Below, in pieces: positions 29,324 to 38,889 of a DNA stretch of 64,000 nt. A program made the position numbers and the translations under genes. Position 1 is the first letter of the stretch, and each line of letters begins with the position of its first letter. Below the pieces are notes generated by a model. It saw only the letters and a program-made list of their open reading frames with translations, ran no database searches and had not been told where the DNA came from. The DNA is from Elusimicrobiota bacterium (GTDB lineage: Bacteria > Elusimicrobiota > Elusimicrobia > F11), in NCBI GenBank assembly GCA_044221725.1, contig JBGAON010000001.1, forward strand, positions 32,001 to 96,000, written 5' to 3'.

Positions 29324-30078
29324 TCGTTGTCGCACAAGACCAATCCGTTTTCTCGAAGAAAGCCGCTCAAATTGTCGCTGAAACCGCCAGCGAAGCAATT
29401 GCTGCGCGCGGCAAGTTTGTGTTGGCGTTGTGCGGTGGCCGAGCGCCGCAGCCCGTTCTCTCGCTTTTAGCGGAGAATTATTATCGCGACCGCATCGACT
29501 GGAAAAATGTTGTGGTCTGCTGGGGCGACGAGCGCTGCGTCCCACCGGACAATTCGGAAAGCAACTACAAGTTGGCATTGGATTGCCTTTTATCGAAAGT
29601 ACCAGTGCCCGTTGCGAATATTCACCGGATTTCGGGCGAAATGTTGTCGGCGCAGGATGCCGCGAAGGCCTACGAGCAGGATTTAAAAATGTTATTCCGT
29701 TTTGAGCGGCCATTTCCTAAGTTTGATCTTGTGATGCTCGGTGTTGGCGAAGACGGACATACGGCGTCGCTTTTTCCGGGCAGCTCCGCGCTCGACGAAA
29801 CGGAAAAATGGGTTGTTGGCCACCGCGTGGAAAAACTTGGGATGAATCGCATTACGCTCACGTACCCGGTTATTAACAATGCGCGAAAAATCTTGGTTCT
29901 CTGCCCGGGCGAAAATAAGGCAACGGTCGCGCGCGATGTGTTTTGGGACGAGGCGCCAAAAAGTCGTTATCCGGTTCAGCGTGTGACGCCGGTGGCTGGT
30001 GAAATCATTTGGCTCTTGGACCGCGGATCGGCATCAAAATTGGTGGCATCGGCGCAAAGCCAAGCGTCGTATATTTGA
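29320..30078 (+). CDS. pgl: 6-phosphogluconolactonase
   Basis: WGDERCVPP...SNY, LGVGEDGHTASLFP and RITLTYP. Confidence 0.93.
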   Translation: MIVVAQDQSVFSKKAAQIVAETASEAIAARGKFVLALCGGRAPQPVLSLLAENYYRDRIDWKNVVVCWGDERCVPPDNSESNYKLALDCLLSKVPVPVANIHRISGEMLSAQDAAKAYEQDLKMLFRFERPFPKFDLVMLGVGEDGHTASLFPGSSALDETEKWVVGHRVEKLGMNRITLTYPVINNARKILVLCPGENKATVARDVFWDEAPKSRYPVQRVTPVAGEIIWLLDRGSASKLVASAQSQASYI

Positions 30079-30101
30079 AATCGGATTCATTAGGAGGGTT
30101 C

Positions 30102-30902
30102 ATGTTCAAACGATTGTTGCTCACGGCGATTTTTGCCCTCGGATTATCAGTGGCGCAGGCCGCGGGAAAATGCCCTCAGCCGACCGTATTTGATGGTCTG
30201 CTCAAATCCAACGTCGACAAAGATGGATATGTCGATTACGACGGTTTTCGCGTGAACAAGGGTGGCGATCTTTACGAATATATTTCTTTGATGGAAACGG
30301 CGGACCTGAGCACCTGCGGTGAAATGGAAAGGCTCGCGTTCTGGATCAATGCGTACAATGCGCACATGATTCGCCTGGTGTTGGCGCGACCGAATCTCAA
30401 ACAAGTGAGCGAAGATTTCAAAGTGTTTGCCGAACCGTTTAAAGTGGCGCGTCTCAGATTGTCGTTGAACGACATTGAGCACCGCATTATTCGTTCCGAC
30501 CCCCAAAAAGGCGGCGGCGTCGAAAATATTTCTGTTAAAAATCCGGATCAGCGGATCCATTTCGCTATCGTCAATGGCGCCATTGATTCTCCAAAGCTAA
30601 ACAACCGCGCCTATGCGGGGCCCACGTTGGACGCCGTGCTTCAAGCGAACGCAATCGCATTTGCAAACAATCCAAAATATTTGCGGATCGAAAACGGTAA
30701 GCTTGTGATGTCCGCGATCTTTAAATGGTACGAGGCGGATTTTGCGCGCGTCGGTGGCGTGGCAGCGTATCTTTCCTCGCTGACCGATTCAAAATTGCGC
30801 CCGGACGCCGACGCGATCGACGCCAAGTTGGCCACGGATTTTCCAAACAACGTAGATTTTAAATTCGATTGGACTCTGAACAGCATAAAGAATAAGAAAT
30901 AA
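30102..30902 (+). CDS. DUF547 family secreted protein
   Basis: GYVDYDG, LAFWINAYNA, LSLNDIEH, DQRIHFA, IFKWY and DWTLN; signal peptide; SD AGGAGG. Confidence 0.88.
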   Translation: MFKRLLLTAIFALGLSVAQAAGKCPQPTVFDGLLKSNVDKDGYVDYDGFRVNKGGDLYEYISLMETADLSTCGEMERLAFWINAYNAHMIRLVLARPNLKQVSEDFKVFAEPFKVARLRLSLNDIEHRIIRSDPQKGGGVENISVKNPDQRIHFAIVNGAIDSPKLNNRAYAGPTLDAVLQANAIAFANNPKYLRIENGKLVMSAIFKWYEADFARVGGVAAYLSSLTDSKLRPDADAIDAKLATDFPNNVDFKFDWTLNSIKNKK

Positions 30903-30910
30903 GGAAGCGT

Positions 30911-30982
30911 GTTCCCTCTCCCTTTAGGGAGAGGGTTAGGGAGAGGGAACCCTCCCCCCAGCCCCTCCCTAAAGGAGGGGAG
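30911..30982. repeat. Purine/pyrimidine-tract palindromic intergenic repeat (BoxC/REP-like)
   Basis: CCCTCTCCCTTTAGGGAGAGGG-TTAGGGAGAGGG followed by CCCTCCCCCCAGCCCCTCCCTAAAGGAGGGGAG. Confidence 0.65.
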
Positions 30983-30997
30983 AATAAGGAGACAAAG

Positions 30998-31456
30998 ATG
31001 GGATTGAATATTGGAGATAAGGCGCCCCAGTTTAAATTGAAGAACGATGCGGGCGAAGACGTTTCGTTGAAAGATTTTTCCGGGAAGAATGTGGTTCTTT
31101 ATTTTTATCCGAAAGACGACACTCCGGGCTGCACAAAGGAAGCGTGCGACTTTAAAGAACAACAGAAAAAATTTGATAAGAAAAACGTTGTGATCATCGG
31201 TGTGAGCGGCGACAGCGTCGAATCACACGTGAAATTCAAAAAGAAATACGGGTTGCCATTCTATTTGCTCAGCGATCCCGATAAAAAAATGCTGGAGTCG
31301 TACGGTGTGTGGAAAGAGAAAAGTATGTATGGCCGAAAATACATGGGCATTGAACGCACAACATTCGTGATTGACGGCAAAGGCACAATTGCGAAGATTT
31401 TCCCGAAAGTGAGCGTCACGGGACACGTCGATGAGGTGTTTGCTTCCATCAATTAA
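30998..31456 (+). CDS. bcp: Thioredoxin-dependent thiol peroxidase (BCP)
   Basis: VVLYFYPKDDTPGCTKEACDF and GIERTTFVID. Confidence 0.95.
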   Translation: MGLNIGDKAPQFKLKNDAGEDVSLKDFSGKNVVLYFYPKDDTPGCTKEACDFKEQQKKFDKKNVVIIGVSGDSVESHVKFKKKYGLPFYLLSDPDKKMLESYGVWKEKSMYGRKYMGIERTTFVIDGKGTIAKIFPKVSVTGHVDEVFASIN

Positions 31457-32104
31457 ATGAATCGTTTTACGTCTTCTACCATAGGCAAGAAAATCGTTGT
31501 CGCTGTGACCGGGCTTATCATGTTCGGTTTCATCGTCGGGCATTTGTTGGGCAACCTTCAGGTGTTCCAAGGACCAGAGAAGCTGAACAATTATGCACAT
31601 TTTCTCAAGCACGCCACTGCGCTGTTGTGGGGCACGCGCGTGGCGCTGCTGGCCTCTGTTCTGCTGCATATCGTGTGCACCGTCCAACTGAATCGCCGCA
31701 ACCGTGCGAGCCGACCCATCGGTTACGCGCAACACCAAATGATTCAGGCCTCCCGACCGTCGTTGTTCATGATTTGGAGCGGCGTGTTTCTTGCTGTGTA
31801 CATTGTTTATCACTTGTTGCATCTTACGGTGGGTTCCGTTCATCCCAATTTCGACGAGCTCGATGTTTACCGCAATATCGTAAACGGTTTCCAAGTCTGG
31901 TACGTCTCGCTGTTTTACATTCTCGCTATGGTTTCTCTCGGATTTCATTTGAATCACGGCGTATTTTCTGTGTTCCAAACATTGGGCCTTAATCACCCAA
32001 GATACAATTGTTGGCGCCGTTTGTTTGCGACGGGAGCGTCGGTGTTAATTACGCTGGGCTATATTTCGATTCCGGTGGCCGTCGTCGTGGGTGTGGTGAA
32101 ATAA
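31457..32104 (+). CDS. sdhC: Succinate dehydrogenase cytochrome b558 subunit
   Basis: [21 protein letters not shown], several His-bearing TM helices and [14 protein letters not shown]. Confidence 0.9.
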   Translation: MNRFTSSTIGKKIVVAVTGLIMFGFIVGHLLGNLQVFQGPEKLNNYAHFLKHATALLWGTRVALLASVLLHIVCTVQLNRRNRASRPIGYAQHQMIQASRPSLFMIWSGVFLAVYIVYHLLHLTVGSVHPNFDELDVYRNIVNGFQVWYVSLFYILAMVSLGFHLNHGVFSVFQTLGLNHPRYNCWRRLFATGASVLITLGYISIPVAVVVGVVK

Positions 32105-34017
32105 TGGAACTGAACGCAAAAATTCCGACGGGTTCCCTCGAGACGAAGTGGGAAAACCACAAGAACTCAATCAAACTCGTCAACGCGGCGAACAAACGAA
32201 AATACACAGTGTTGGTGGTCGGCTCGGGCTTGGCCGGTGCCGCCGGTGCGGCGTCCTTGGCCGAGCTCGGCTACAATGTGAAATGTTTTTGTTATCAAGA
32301 TAGTCCGCGGCGTGCGCATTCGATCGCCGCGCAGGGCGGGATCAACGCCGCAAAGAATTATCCGAACGATGGCGATAGCGTTTACCGCTTGTTTTACGAC
32401 ACGATCAAAGGCGGTGACTTCCGGGCGCGCGAAGCCAACGTGTATCGGCTCGCTCAACTTTCGGTGAACATTATTGACCAGTGCGTGGCGCAAGGCGTTC
32501 CGTTTGCGCGTGACTACAGCGGGTATCTGGACAATCGCTCGTTTGGTGGCGCGCAGGTTTCGCGCACGTTTTATGCTCGCGGGCAAACCGGGCAGCAACT
32601 TTTGCTGGGCGCGTATTCGGCACTTTCTCGTCAGATCGGCGCCGGCCAAGTGAAGATGTATCCGCGCACGGAACTTTTGGATGTGGTGGTGGCCGACAAC
32701 CAAGCGCGGGGTATTGTTACGCGCGATCTCGTCACCGGAAAAATCGAGTCTCACGCGGGCGACGCGGTGGTGCTCGCGACCGGTGGTTACGGTAACGTCT
32801 ATTTTCTTTCAACAAATGCCAAAGGCTGCAACACAACCGCGATTTGGCGCGCCTACAAAAAAGGTGCCGCGTTCGCGAACCCGTGCTTTACGCAGATTCA
32901 TCCGACCTGCATTCCCGTGAGCGGCGATTATCAATCGAAACTTACGCTCATGAGCGAATCGTTGCGCAATGATGGACGCATTTGGGTTCCGAAAAAGAAA
33001 GGTGATCAGCGACCATCGCAGCAAATTCCTGAAGACGAACGCGATTACTATCTTGAACGCAAATATCCGAGTTACGGAAACCTTGTGCCGCGCGACGTAG
33101 CGTCGCGCAACGCCAAACAAGTCTGTGACGAAGGGCGTGGGGTTGGCCCAGGCGGGCTCGGCGTGTATTTGGATTTCGCGGACGCGATCAAGCGGCTTGG
33201 TGCGAACGTGATTAAAGAGCGGTACATGAATTTGTTTGATATGTACAACCGTATCACCGGCGAAGATCCCTACAACGTGCCGATGCGCATTTATCCGGCG
33301 ATTCACTACACAATGGGTGGATTGTGGGTCGACTACAATTTGATGAGCACGGTGAAGGGGCTGTTTGTGGCCGGCGAAGCGAATTTCTCCGACCACGGAG
33401 CCAATCGTCTTGGTGCCAGTGCGCTCATGCAAGGATTGGCCGACGGATATTTTGTTTTGCCTTACACAATTGGCGATTATCTTGCGAATCAAAAAGGGTC
33501 CAAGCCTTCCACGAGCGAACCGGAATTCAAAAAAGTGGAGAGCGAGGTTCAGCAGCGCATGAACACGTTTCTTTCTATTCGTGGCAAGCGGTCTCCGGAT
33601 TGGTTTCACCGCGTGCTCGGAAAAATCGTGTGGGATTATTGCGGCATGTCGCGCACCGAGCAGGGATTGCAAACCGCGCTTCAGAAAATTCCGCAGCTGC
33701 GCGAGGAATTTTGGAAAGACCTTTCGGTCTTAGGCACGGGTGAAGAATTAAATCAATCCCTCGAGAAAGCCGGGCGCGTGGCCGATTTCATCGAATTGGC
33801 AGAGTTGATGTGCATCGACGCTTTGCACCGCCGCGAATCGTGCGGGGGGCATTTCCGCGAAGAAAGCCAAACATCGGATGGCGAAGCTCAGCGTATCGAT
33901 AACGAATTTTCGTATGTGGCCGCCTGGGAATACAAAGGCGAAGGACAAAAGCCGCAGTTGAACAAAGAACCACTGACGTTCGAGAGTGTGCACATCGCTC
34001 AGAGGAGTTATCAGTGA
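32104..34017 (+). CDS. sdhA: Succinate dehydrogenase/fumarate reductase flavoprotein subunit
   Basis: [36 protein letters not shown] and RESCGGH; ATG 32104. Confidence 0.95.
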   Translation: MELNAKIPTGSLETKWENHKNSIKLVNAANKRKYTVLVVGSGLAGAAGAASLAELGYNVKCFCYQDSPRRAHSIAAQGGINAAKNYPNDGDSVYRLFYDTIKGGDFRAREANVYRLAQLSVNIIDQCVAQGVPFARDYSGYLDNRSFGGAQVSRTFYARGQTGQQLLLGAYSALSRQIGAGQVKMYPRTELLDVVVADNQARGIVTRDLVTGKIESHAGDAVVLATGGYGNVYFLSTNAKGCNTTAIWRAYKKGAAFANPCFTQIHPTCIPVSGDYQSKLTLMSESLRNDGRIWVPKKKGDQRPSQQIPEDERDYYLERKYPSYGNLVPRDVASRNAKQVCDEGRGVGPGGLGVYLDFADAIKRLGANVIKERYMNLFDMYNRITGEDPYNVPMRIYPAIHYTMGGLWVDYNLMSTVKGLFVAGEANFSDHGANRLGASALMQGLADGYFVLPYTIGDYLANQKGSKPSTSEPEFKKVESEVQQRMNTFLSIRGKRSPDWFHRVLGKIVWDYCGMSRTEQGLQTALQKIPQLREEFWKDLSVLGTGEELNQSLEKAGRVADFIELAELMCIDALHRRESCGGHFREESQTSDGEAQRIDNEFSYVAAWEYKGEGQKPQLNKEPLTFESVHIAQRSYQ

Positions 34018-34757
34018 AGCTAACGTTAAAAATCTGGCGACAGGCGAACGGTGCGACCGAAGGAAAATTCGTCACCTATCAATTAAACGATGTGAATTCG
34101 GATATGTCGTTTCTCGAAATGTTGGATGTGTTGAACGAACAGCTGATTGCCAAAGGCGAACCGCCGGTGGCATTTGATAGCGATTGCCGTGAGGGCATTT
34201 GTGGCACGTGCGGAATGGTGATCAACGGAACCGCGCACGGACCTCTTCCGGCAACAACCGCGTGCCAGTTGCACATGCGGCATTTCAAAGACGGCGACAC
34301 GATTACGATTGAACCGTGGCGCGCCCGTGCGTTCCCGGTGCTGAAAGATTTGGTGGTCGACCGCGGAGCATTCGACCGCATCATTCAAGCGGGTGGTTTT
34401 ATTTCGGCAAAAACCGGCAGCGCACCCGAAGCGAACACCACGCGTGTTCCCAAGCGGGATTCTGACCATGCGATGGACGCCGCCGCGTGCATCGGTTGCG
34501 GGGCGTGTGTGGCCGCGTGCCCGAACGCGTCAGCAACGTTGTTCGTAGCAGCGAAGATTTCTCACCTTGGCTTGTTGCCACAAGGCCAGCCCGAAAGGGA
34601 AAGGCGGGCGCTGGCGATGGTCAATCAAATGGACAAAGAAGGATTTGGGGGGTGCACGAACATCGGCGAATGCACGGCCGTGTGTCCGAAGGAAATAAGC
34701 CAGAATTTCATCGCGCGCATGAATCGCGATTTCGTTAAAGCCAGCGCTACCGAGTAG
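34014..34757 (+). CDS. sdhB: Succinate dehydrogenase iron-sulfur subunit
   Basis: [21 protein letters not shown] and [12 protein letters not shown]. Confidence 0.95.
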   Translation: MKLTLKIWRQANGATEGKFVTYQLNDVNSDMSFLEMLDVLNEQLIAKGEPPVAFDSDCREGICGTCGMVINGTAHGPLPATTACQLHMRHFKDGDTITIEPWRARAFPVLKDLVVDRGAFDRIIQAGGFISAKTGSAPEANTTRVPKRDSDHAMDAAACIGCGACVAACPNASATLFVAAKISHLGLLPQGQPERERRALAMVNQMDKEGFGGCTNIGECTAVCPKEISQNFIARMNRDFVKASATE

Positions 34758-34770
34758 CGGTTAAGAAAAA

Positions 34771-36969
34771 TTATTCGAGAACTTCGTCGGATTCCGATCC
34801 GAGGTCTTTCGAGTGGTCGTACGGACAGAAATCCGTGGGAATAGTCCCTTCACGAAACGCTTCCAGAATCACTTTCGGACACGTGGGCAATGCCAGATAT
34901 CCGGTGTCGGCATCGATTTTTGCGAATTCGATTTTTGGGGGAATCGCAAAATCTTTCACCGGAACGGTTTTTAGTGCTTCGCGCATGAAGTCGGTCCAGA
35001 GTGGCACCGCGACGTTTGAAGCGCTCAATCCTTTCTTGAGTGGTCGAAAGTCGTCGTAGCCGACCCACACGCCGCACACCAAGTCCGGCGAAAAACCGAC
35101 GAACAAAAGATCGCGCTGGTCTTGCGTGGTCCCGGTTTTACCAGCCAATGGGCGTCCGAGCCGCTTCGCGTACCAACCGGTGCCGTGCTCCACAACCCCT
35201 TTCATAAGATTGACCGTGAGATAAACCGTTTGCGGATTAAGTCGCGCGGCAATTTTTGGCGCCGTCTCTTGAAGGATTTTTCCGCGCCGATCGGCAACGC
35301 GTTCGATAAAAAACGGTTCTGCATAATAGCCGCCGCTGGCGAGCGTTCCATAGGCGGCCGTGAGCTCTACGAGATTCACCACCGAGGTTCCGAGCCCCAG
35401 CGACAACACCGCGGCGAGATTGCTTTGAATGCCGGCCGCGTGCGCCAAACGCGCCACGGCGCGGGGGCCAACGGCGTCCACCAATCGGATCGAAACCAAG
35501 TTCCGGGATTTCTGTAACGCTTTGCGCAGCGTGAGCGGGCCCAAATATTTGTTGTCAAAGTTCTGTGGGCGCCAAAACCGTTTCATCAGCGCATCGCGCT
35601 CTTCTTTTTTCATTTTGTCCAATTGGGCCTGCGTCATCTGCAAATTGTCGAGAATTGCCGCTTGTGTTTCGGCGTACGTCGTGGTTTCCGCCAACAGCGT
35701 CGGGTCGGACTCCATATCGATAAACACGAGCGGGTTATCCTCGACAACGCTAGCGGCCGTAAATTTTTCTTCAAGCGCGGTCGCGTATACGAAAGGTTTA
35801 AACGAAGACCCAGGCTGCCGTTTGGCTTGCATGGCACGATTGAATTGGGACTTGTAGAAATCGCGTCCGCCCACCATTGCGCGAATGGCACCCGTGTGCA
35901 CGTCCATGGCGACAAGCGCGCCCTGAAGATGGGGTGCGATTGTCGAGATAACAACTTGGTTCGTCGTATTCTTTTGCAGATCCCGGTTGTATTCAGCGAG
36001 TGTCGCCGTGGCAAATTTCAGGTCGTATTCCGCGCAGTGTTTCTCCAGCACGGCTTCGGCCACTTTCTGTAGTTTTAAATCGAGTGTTGTTCGGATTTGC
36101 AGACCGCCCTGTTCCAAAGTTTCCACGCCGTAAACGGGCTCGAGATCTTTTCGGACTTCTTCGAGCAAGTAAGGCGCTTCTTTTACTTTGAAGCTTGTCG
36201 ACGTGGGAACGACGGGGGTCGCGTTCGCCTGCGCTTCTTCGGCATCGGAAATAAATTTCAGATCTTTCATGCGTCGCAGCACGGTGGCACGTCGGTCGCG
36301 CGCGATTTCGGCGCTGTTGGTCGGGGAATAGCGGTTCGGAGACCGAATAAGACCCGCGAGCAATGCGCATTCGGCAAGGTTCAGTTCCTGCGTGTGCTTA
36401 TCGAAATAAAGTCGCGAGGCAGCTTCCACGCCGTAAGCTCCGCCACCGAAATAAATTTGATTCAAATAAAGCTGAAGGATTTCGTCTTTCGAGTAACGGT
36501 GCTCGATTTGCAGAGTTAAGAGCAATTCCTTGAATTTGCGACCGAGCGTTTTTTTGCGCGTCAGAAAAATCGTTTTGGCCAATTGTTGCGTGAGTGTTGA
36601 TCCACCTTGCACAACACGGCCGGCCATAAGATTCGCGGAGGTGGCGCGCATGATAGCGCGCAGATTAATGCCCCAATGCGTATAGAAATCCGTGTCTTCG
36701 ATGGCCATGACCGCCGACCGGAGGTCGACCGGAATTTGTGTGAGCGGAACGGTTGTTCGTCGTTCGGTAAAAAATTCGCCGACCGGCTGCCCGTTTGAAT
36801 CGGTTACCTGTGTAACCAGTGGCGGTACATATTCGCGTAGCGAATCAACCGATGGCAGGTCTTCAATCGCGTTGCCGATGAAGGTCAAAGTCAATGTGGC
36901 CCATCCTCCGACAAAAATCAGAATGGCAACGCCCATCCACGATTTCAAGTATTGCTTCTTAAAATTCAT
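34771..36969 (-). CDS. Penicillin-binding protein 1A (class A, transglycosylase + transpeptidase)
   Basis: EDTDFYTHWG, QGGSTLTQQLAK, RKFKE, QPGSSFKP, SRN and GKTGT. Confidence 0.94.
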   Translation of the reverse strand: MNFKKQYLKSWMGVAILIFVGGWATLTLTFIGNAIEDLPSVDSLREYVPPLVTQVTDSNGQPVGEFFTERRTTVPLTQIPVDLRSAVMAIEDTDFYTHWGINLRAIMRATSANLMAGRVVQGGSTLTQQLAKTIFLTRKKTLGRKFKELLLTLQIEHRYSKDEILQLYLNQIYFGGGAYGVEAASRLYFDKHTQELNLAECALLAGLIRSPNRYSPTNSAEIARDRRATVLRRMKDLKFISDAEEAQANATPVVPTSTSFKVKEAPYLLEEVRKDLEPVYGVETLEQGGLQIRTTLDLKLQKVAEAVLEKHCAEYDLKFATATLAEYNRDLQKNTTNQVVISTIAPHLQGALVAMDVHTGAIRAMVGGRDFYKSQFNRAMQAKRQPGSSFKPFVYATALEEKFTAASVVEDNPLVFIDMESDPTLLAETTTYAETQAAILDNLQMTQAQLDKMKKEERDALMKRFWRPQNFDNKYLGPLTLRKALQKSRNLVSIRLVDAVGPRAVARLAHAAGIQSNLAAVLSLGLGTSVVNLVELTAAYGTLASGGYYAEPFFIERVADRRGKILQETAPKIAARLNPQTVYLTVNLMKGVVEHGTGWYAKRLGRPLAGKTGTTQDQRDLLFVGFSPDLVCGVWVGYDDFRPLKKGLSASNVAVPLWTDFMREALKTVPVKDFAIPPKIEFAKIDADTGYLALPTCPKVILEAFREGTIPTDFCPYDHSKDLGSESDEVLE

Positions 36970-36970
36970 G

Positions 36971-37411
36971 TCACATCAAAAAGGGGCGGTCGTTGGACCA
37001 ATAAAAGTCGAGCAAATAACGCCAAGATTTCAGAGTCAATTGTTCTTTGTGGGCGTGTTCCAATAAGCGTCGGGCGATCGGTAAAGCGTGGCTCGCATAA
37101 CCGGTTTTTATCCAGCCGGTGAAACGATGCGCTAGCATAAGCGCCATGGTTGCGTTTAAAGGGGAACGGTTTAGAAGTGTCGCAAGATCCAACGGAGTGT
37201 TGACGAGTTCCACATGATCTTCGACAGCGTGTGTATCGAGCCCGCAGACGCGCCCGATTGTTTGTAACGAAATTCCTTCGCGAAGAAATTGTTGGAAACA
37301 TTTTGCACGTTCGATCAGCCCGCAGCCCATGAGATCGTCGAGATTAATTCGTGCGAACGGAATGCCGTTCAAATCTGTTGTTTCAACGTTGAGTGTCGTC
37401 GGATTGGACAA
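36971..37411 (-). CDS. Hypothetical protein resembling an isolated ParB/Spo0J HTH domain
   Basis: LIERAKCFQQFLREGISLQTIGRVCGLDTHAVEDHVELVNTP...LNATMALML parallels the ParB HTH region; GGGAG SD before a TTG start. Confidence 0.5.
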   Translation of the reverse strand: MSNPTTLNVETTDLNGIPFARINLDDLMGCGLIERAKCFQQFLREGISLQTIGRVCGLDTHAVEDHVELVNTPLDLATLLNRSPLNATMALMLAHRFTGWIKTGYASHALPIARRLLEHAHKEQLTLKSWRYLLDFYWSNDRPFLM

Positions 37412-37458
37412 TGAAAAAAACTCCCGAAAATTCAGAAAATAAAAGCGACTTTATCATT

Positions 37459-38889
37459 TCACGGTGCGCTCCCTTCGTTCTGGTTTTTACTCGTTACGGC
37501 GACGGCGCGCCACGCCATGCAGTCGAGCGGGAATTCTTCAAGGGACGCTTGGACGCCGGTCAAAATGAGAGAAGGGTCCCCGAGCACGCTGCGCGGCACT
37601 TTGATGGTGATTTGCTTTTCTTTTTGAACGAACTGAATGTTTGGTGTCATTAGCCGCTTCGACCCGTCGAAGAATTTGTGGGAAAAACGGCCGACTTCAA
37701 GCCGGATTTTCGGCATGTTGCCGAACGGCGTGTCCGCACGGTATCCGAACAGATAAATCGATAGTCGGGTTTTTTCCTTCAGCGGATTTTTGAAGCGCGT
37801 GCTGAGGACAATTTGGCCGTCCTCAATGCTGGCGCGGCGTTTTTCTATGTACACATAGGCGTCTTTTTCTTCCGGCGTGAATTCTTCCGGTAATTCCGAT
37901 TCCGCGAACAATTCTCCTTCCCCGAGATCCGTGGCCGATGACGCGTGAATGTGGTACGTCGGAAAATCACCGAACATTTCGTTCGTGCGAACGAACGATG
38001 ACAAATATTTGCCGCTGTATTCGAACTGTGTTTTGTGCTGATGGATCGCGAAATACTTGCCACCGATTTCATCTTTTGTGAGATCCATTTCTTTCCACGT
38101 CATGGCTTTCGCGAAGATTGGCGGCATGACCAAATCTTCGTCCGGGTGATAGCCCTGGGGCACTGGCCAATGACGGAAGCGGTAGTGGATGAGGAAAGGC
38201 AATATTTCCGGAGACAACTCGTCCTCTAAATCCCAGAGCGCCACGCGCAAAAACAAATACGCCGCACGATGATCGGGATTTTCGTCGGCGGGATTTGTTA
38301 CGAAGACTTTCGTTGGCTGAAATTCCCGCAGTATTGAACGGAGATCGTTCAGTATCTCTTCGCCTTTGTAAGGCGCTTGGAAGTGATACGCGTCTTTATA
38401 AGGAACGCTACCCGCATTTGTCCAGCCACCTTTAAACGGTGGGGCGTTGCCCCAGCGGTAAAGCCAAATAGCGAGGGTGCCATGATCCGGATATCCGAGA
38501 AACACCAAATTTTCCTTCGAGACACCAAGTACCTTGGATGCGGCCACGGCTTCCTGTTGCCTCAGTTTACCGAGAGCCAGCATTCCCTTTGCCGTGAGTA
38601 TCGGACGTTTGCGATAAACCGTGTACGACCACGCATTGAAATCACCGTTCGTTAAGAAAACCACGCGCACCGGCAAATTCAATTTCACGGCGCGTTGCAA
38701 AACGCCGCCCGCGCCCAACACTTCGTCGTCGGGATGCGGCGCCAAAATGAGGATTCTATCGGTAGCACCAAACAGAAGCGGCGCTACAATTCGGCTGTCG
38801 TCCGCGTGTGCGTCTTGCGGTGCGGTACATGCAAAAAAACCAAGGAAGGCAAGGATGGCGAAAGGAGAAGAACCGACAAGGGATTTCAT
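37459..38889 (-). CDS. PIG-L family deacetylase, exported
   Basis: LILAPHPDDEVLG, FLTNGD, FLGYPD, NPDHRAA and HKTQ. Confidence 0.88.
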   Translation of the reverse strand: MKSLVGSSPFAILAFLGFFACTAPQDAHADDSRIVAPLLFGATDRILILAPHPDDEVLGAGGVLQRAVKLNLPVRVVFLTNGDFNAWSYTVYRKRPILTAKGMLALGKLRQQEAVAASKVLGVSKENLVFLGYPDHGTLAIWLYRWGNAPPFKGGWTNAGSVPYKDAYHFQAPYKGEEILNDLRSILREFQPTKVFVTNPADENPDHRAAYLFLRVALWDLEDELSPEILPFLIHYRFRHWPVPQGYHPDEDLVMPPIFAKAMTWKEMDLTKDEIGGKYFAIHQHKTQFEYSGKYLSSFVRTNEMFGDFPTYHIHASSATDLGEGELFAESELPEEFTPEEKDAYVYIEKRRASIEDGQIVLSTRFKNPLKEKTRLSIYLFGYRADTPFGNMPKIRLEVGRFSHKFFDGSKRLMTPNIQFVQKEKQITIKVPRSVLGDPSLILTGVQASLEEFPLDCMAWRAVAVTSKNQNEGSAP

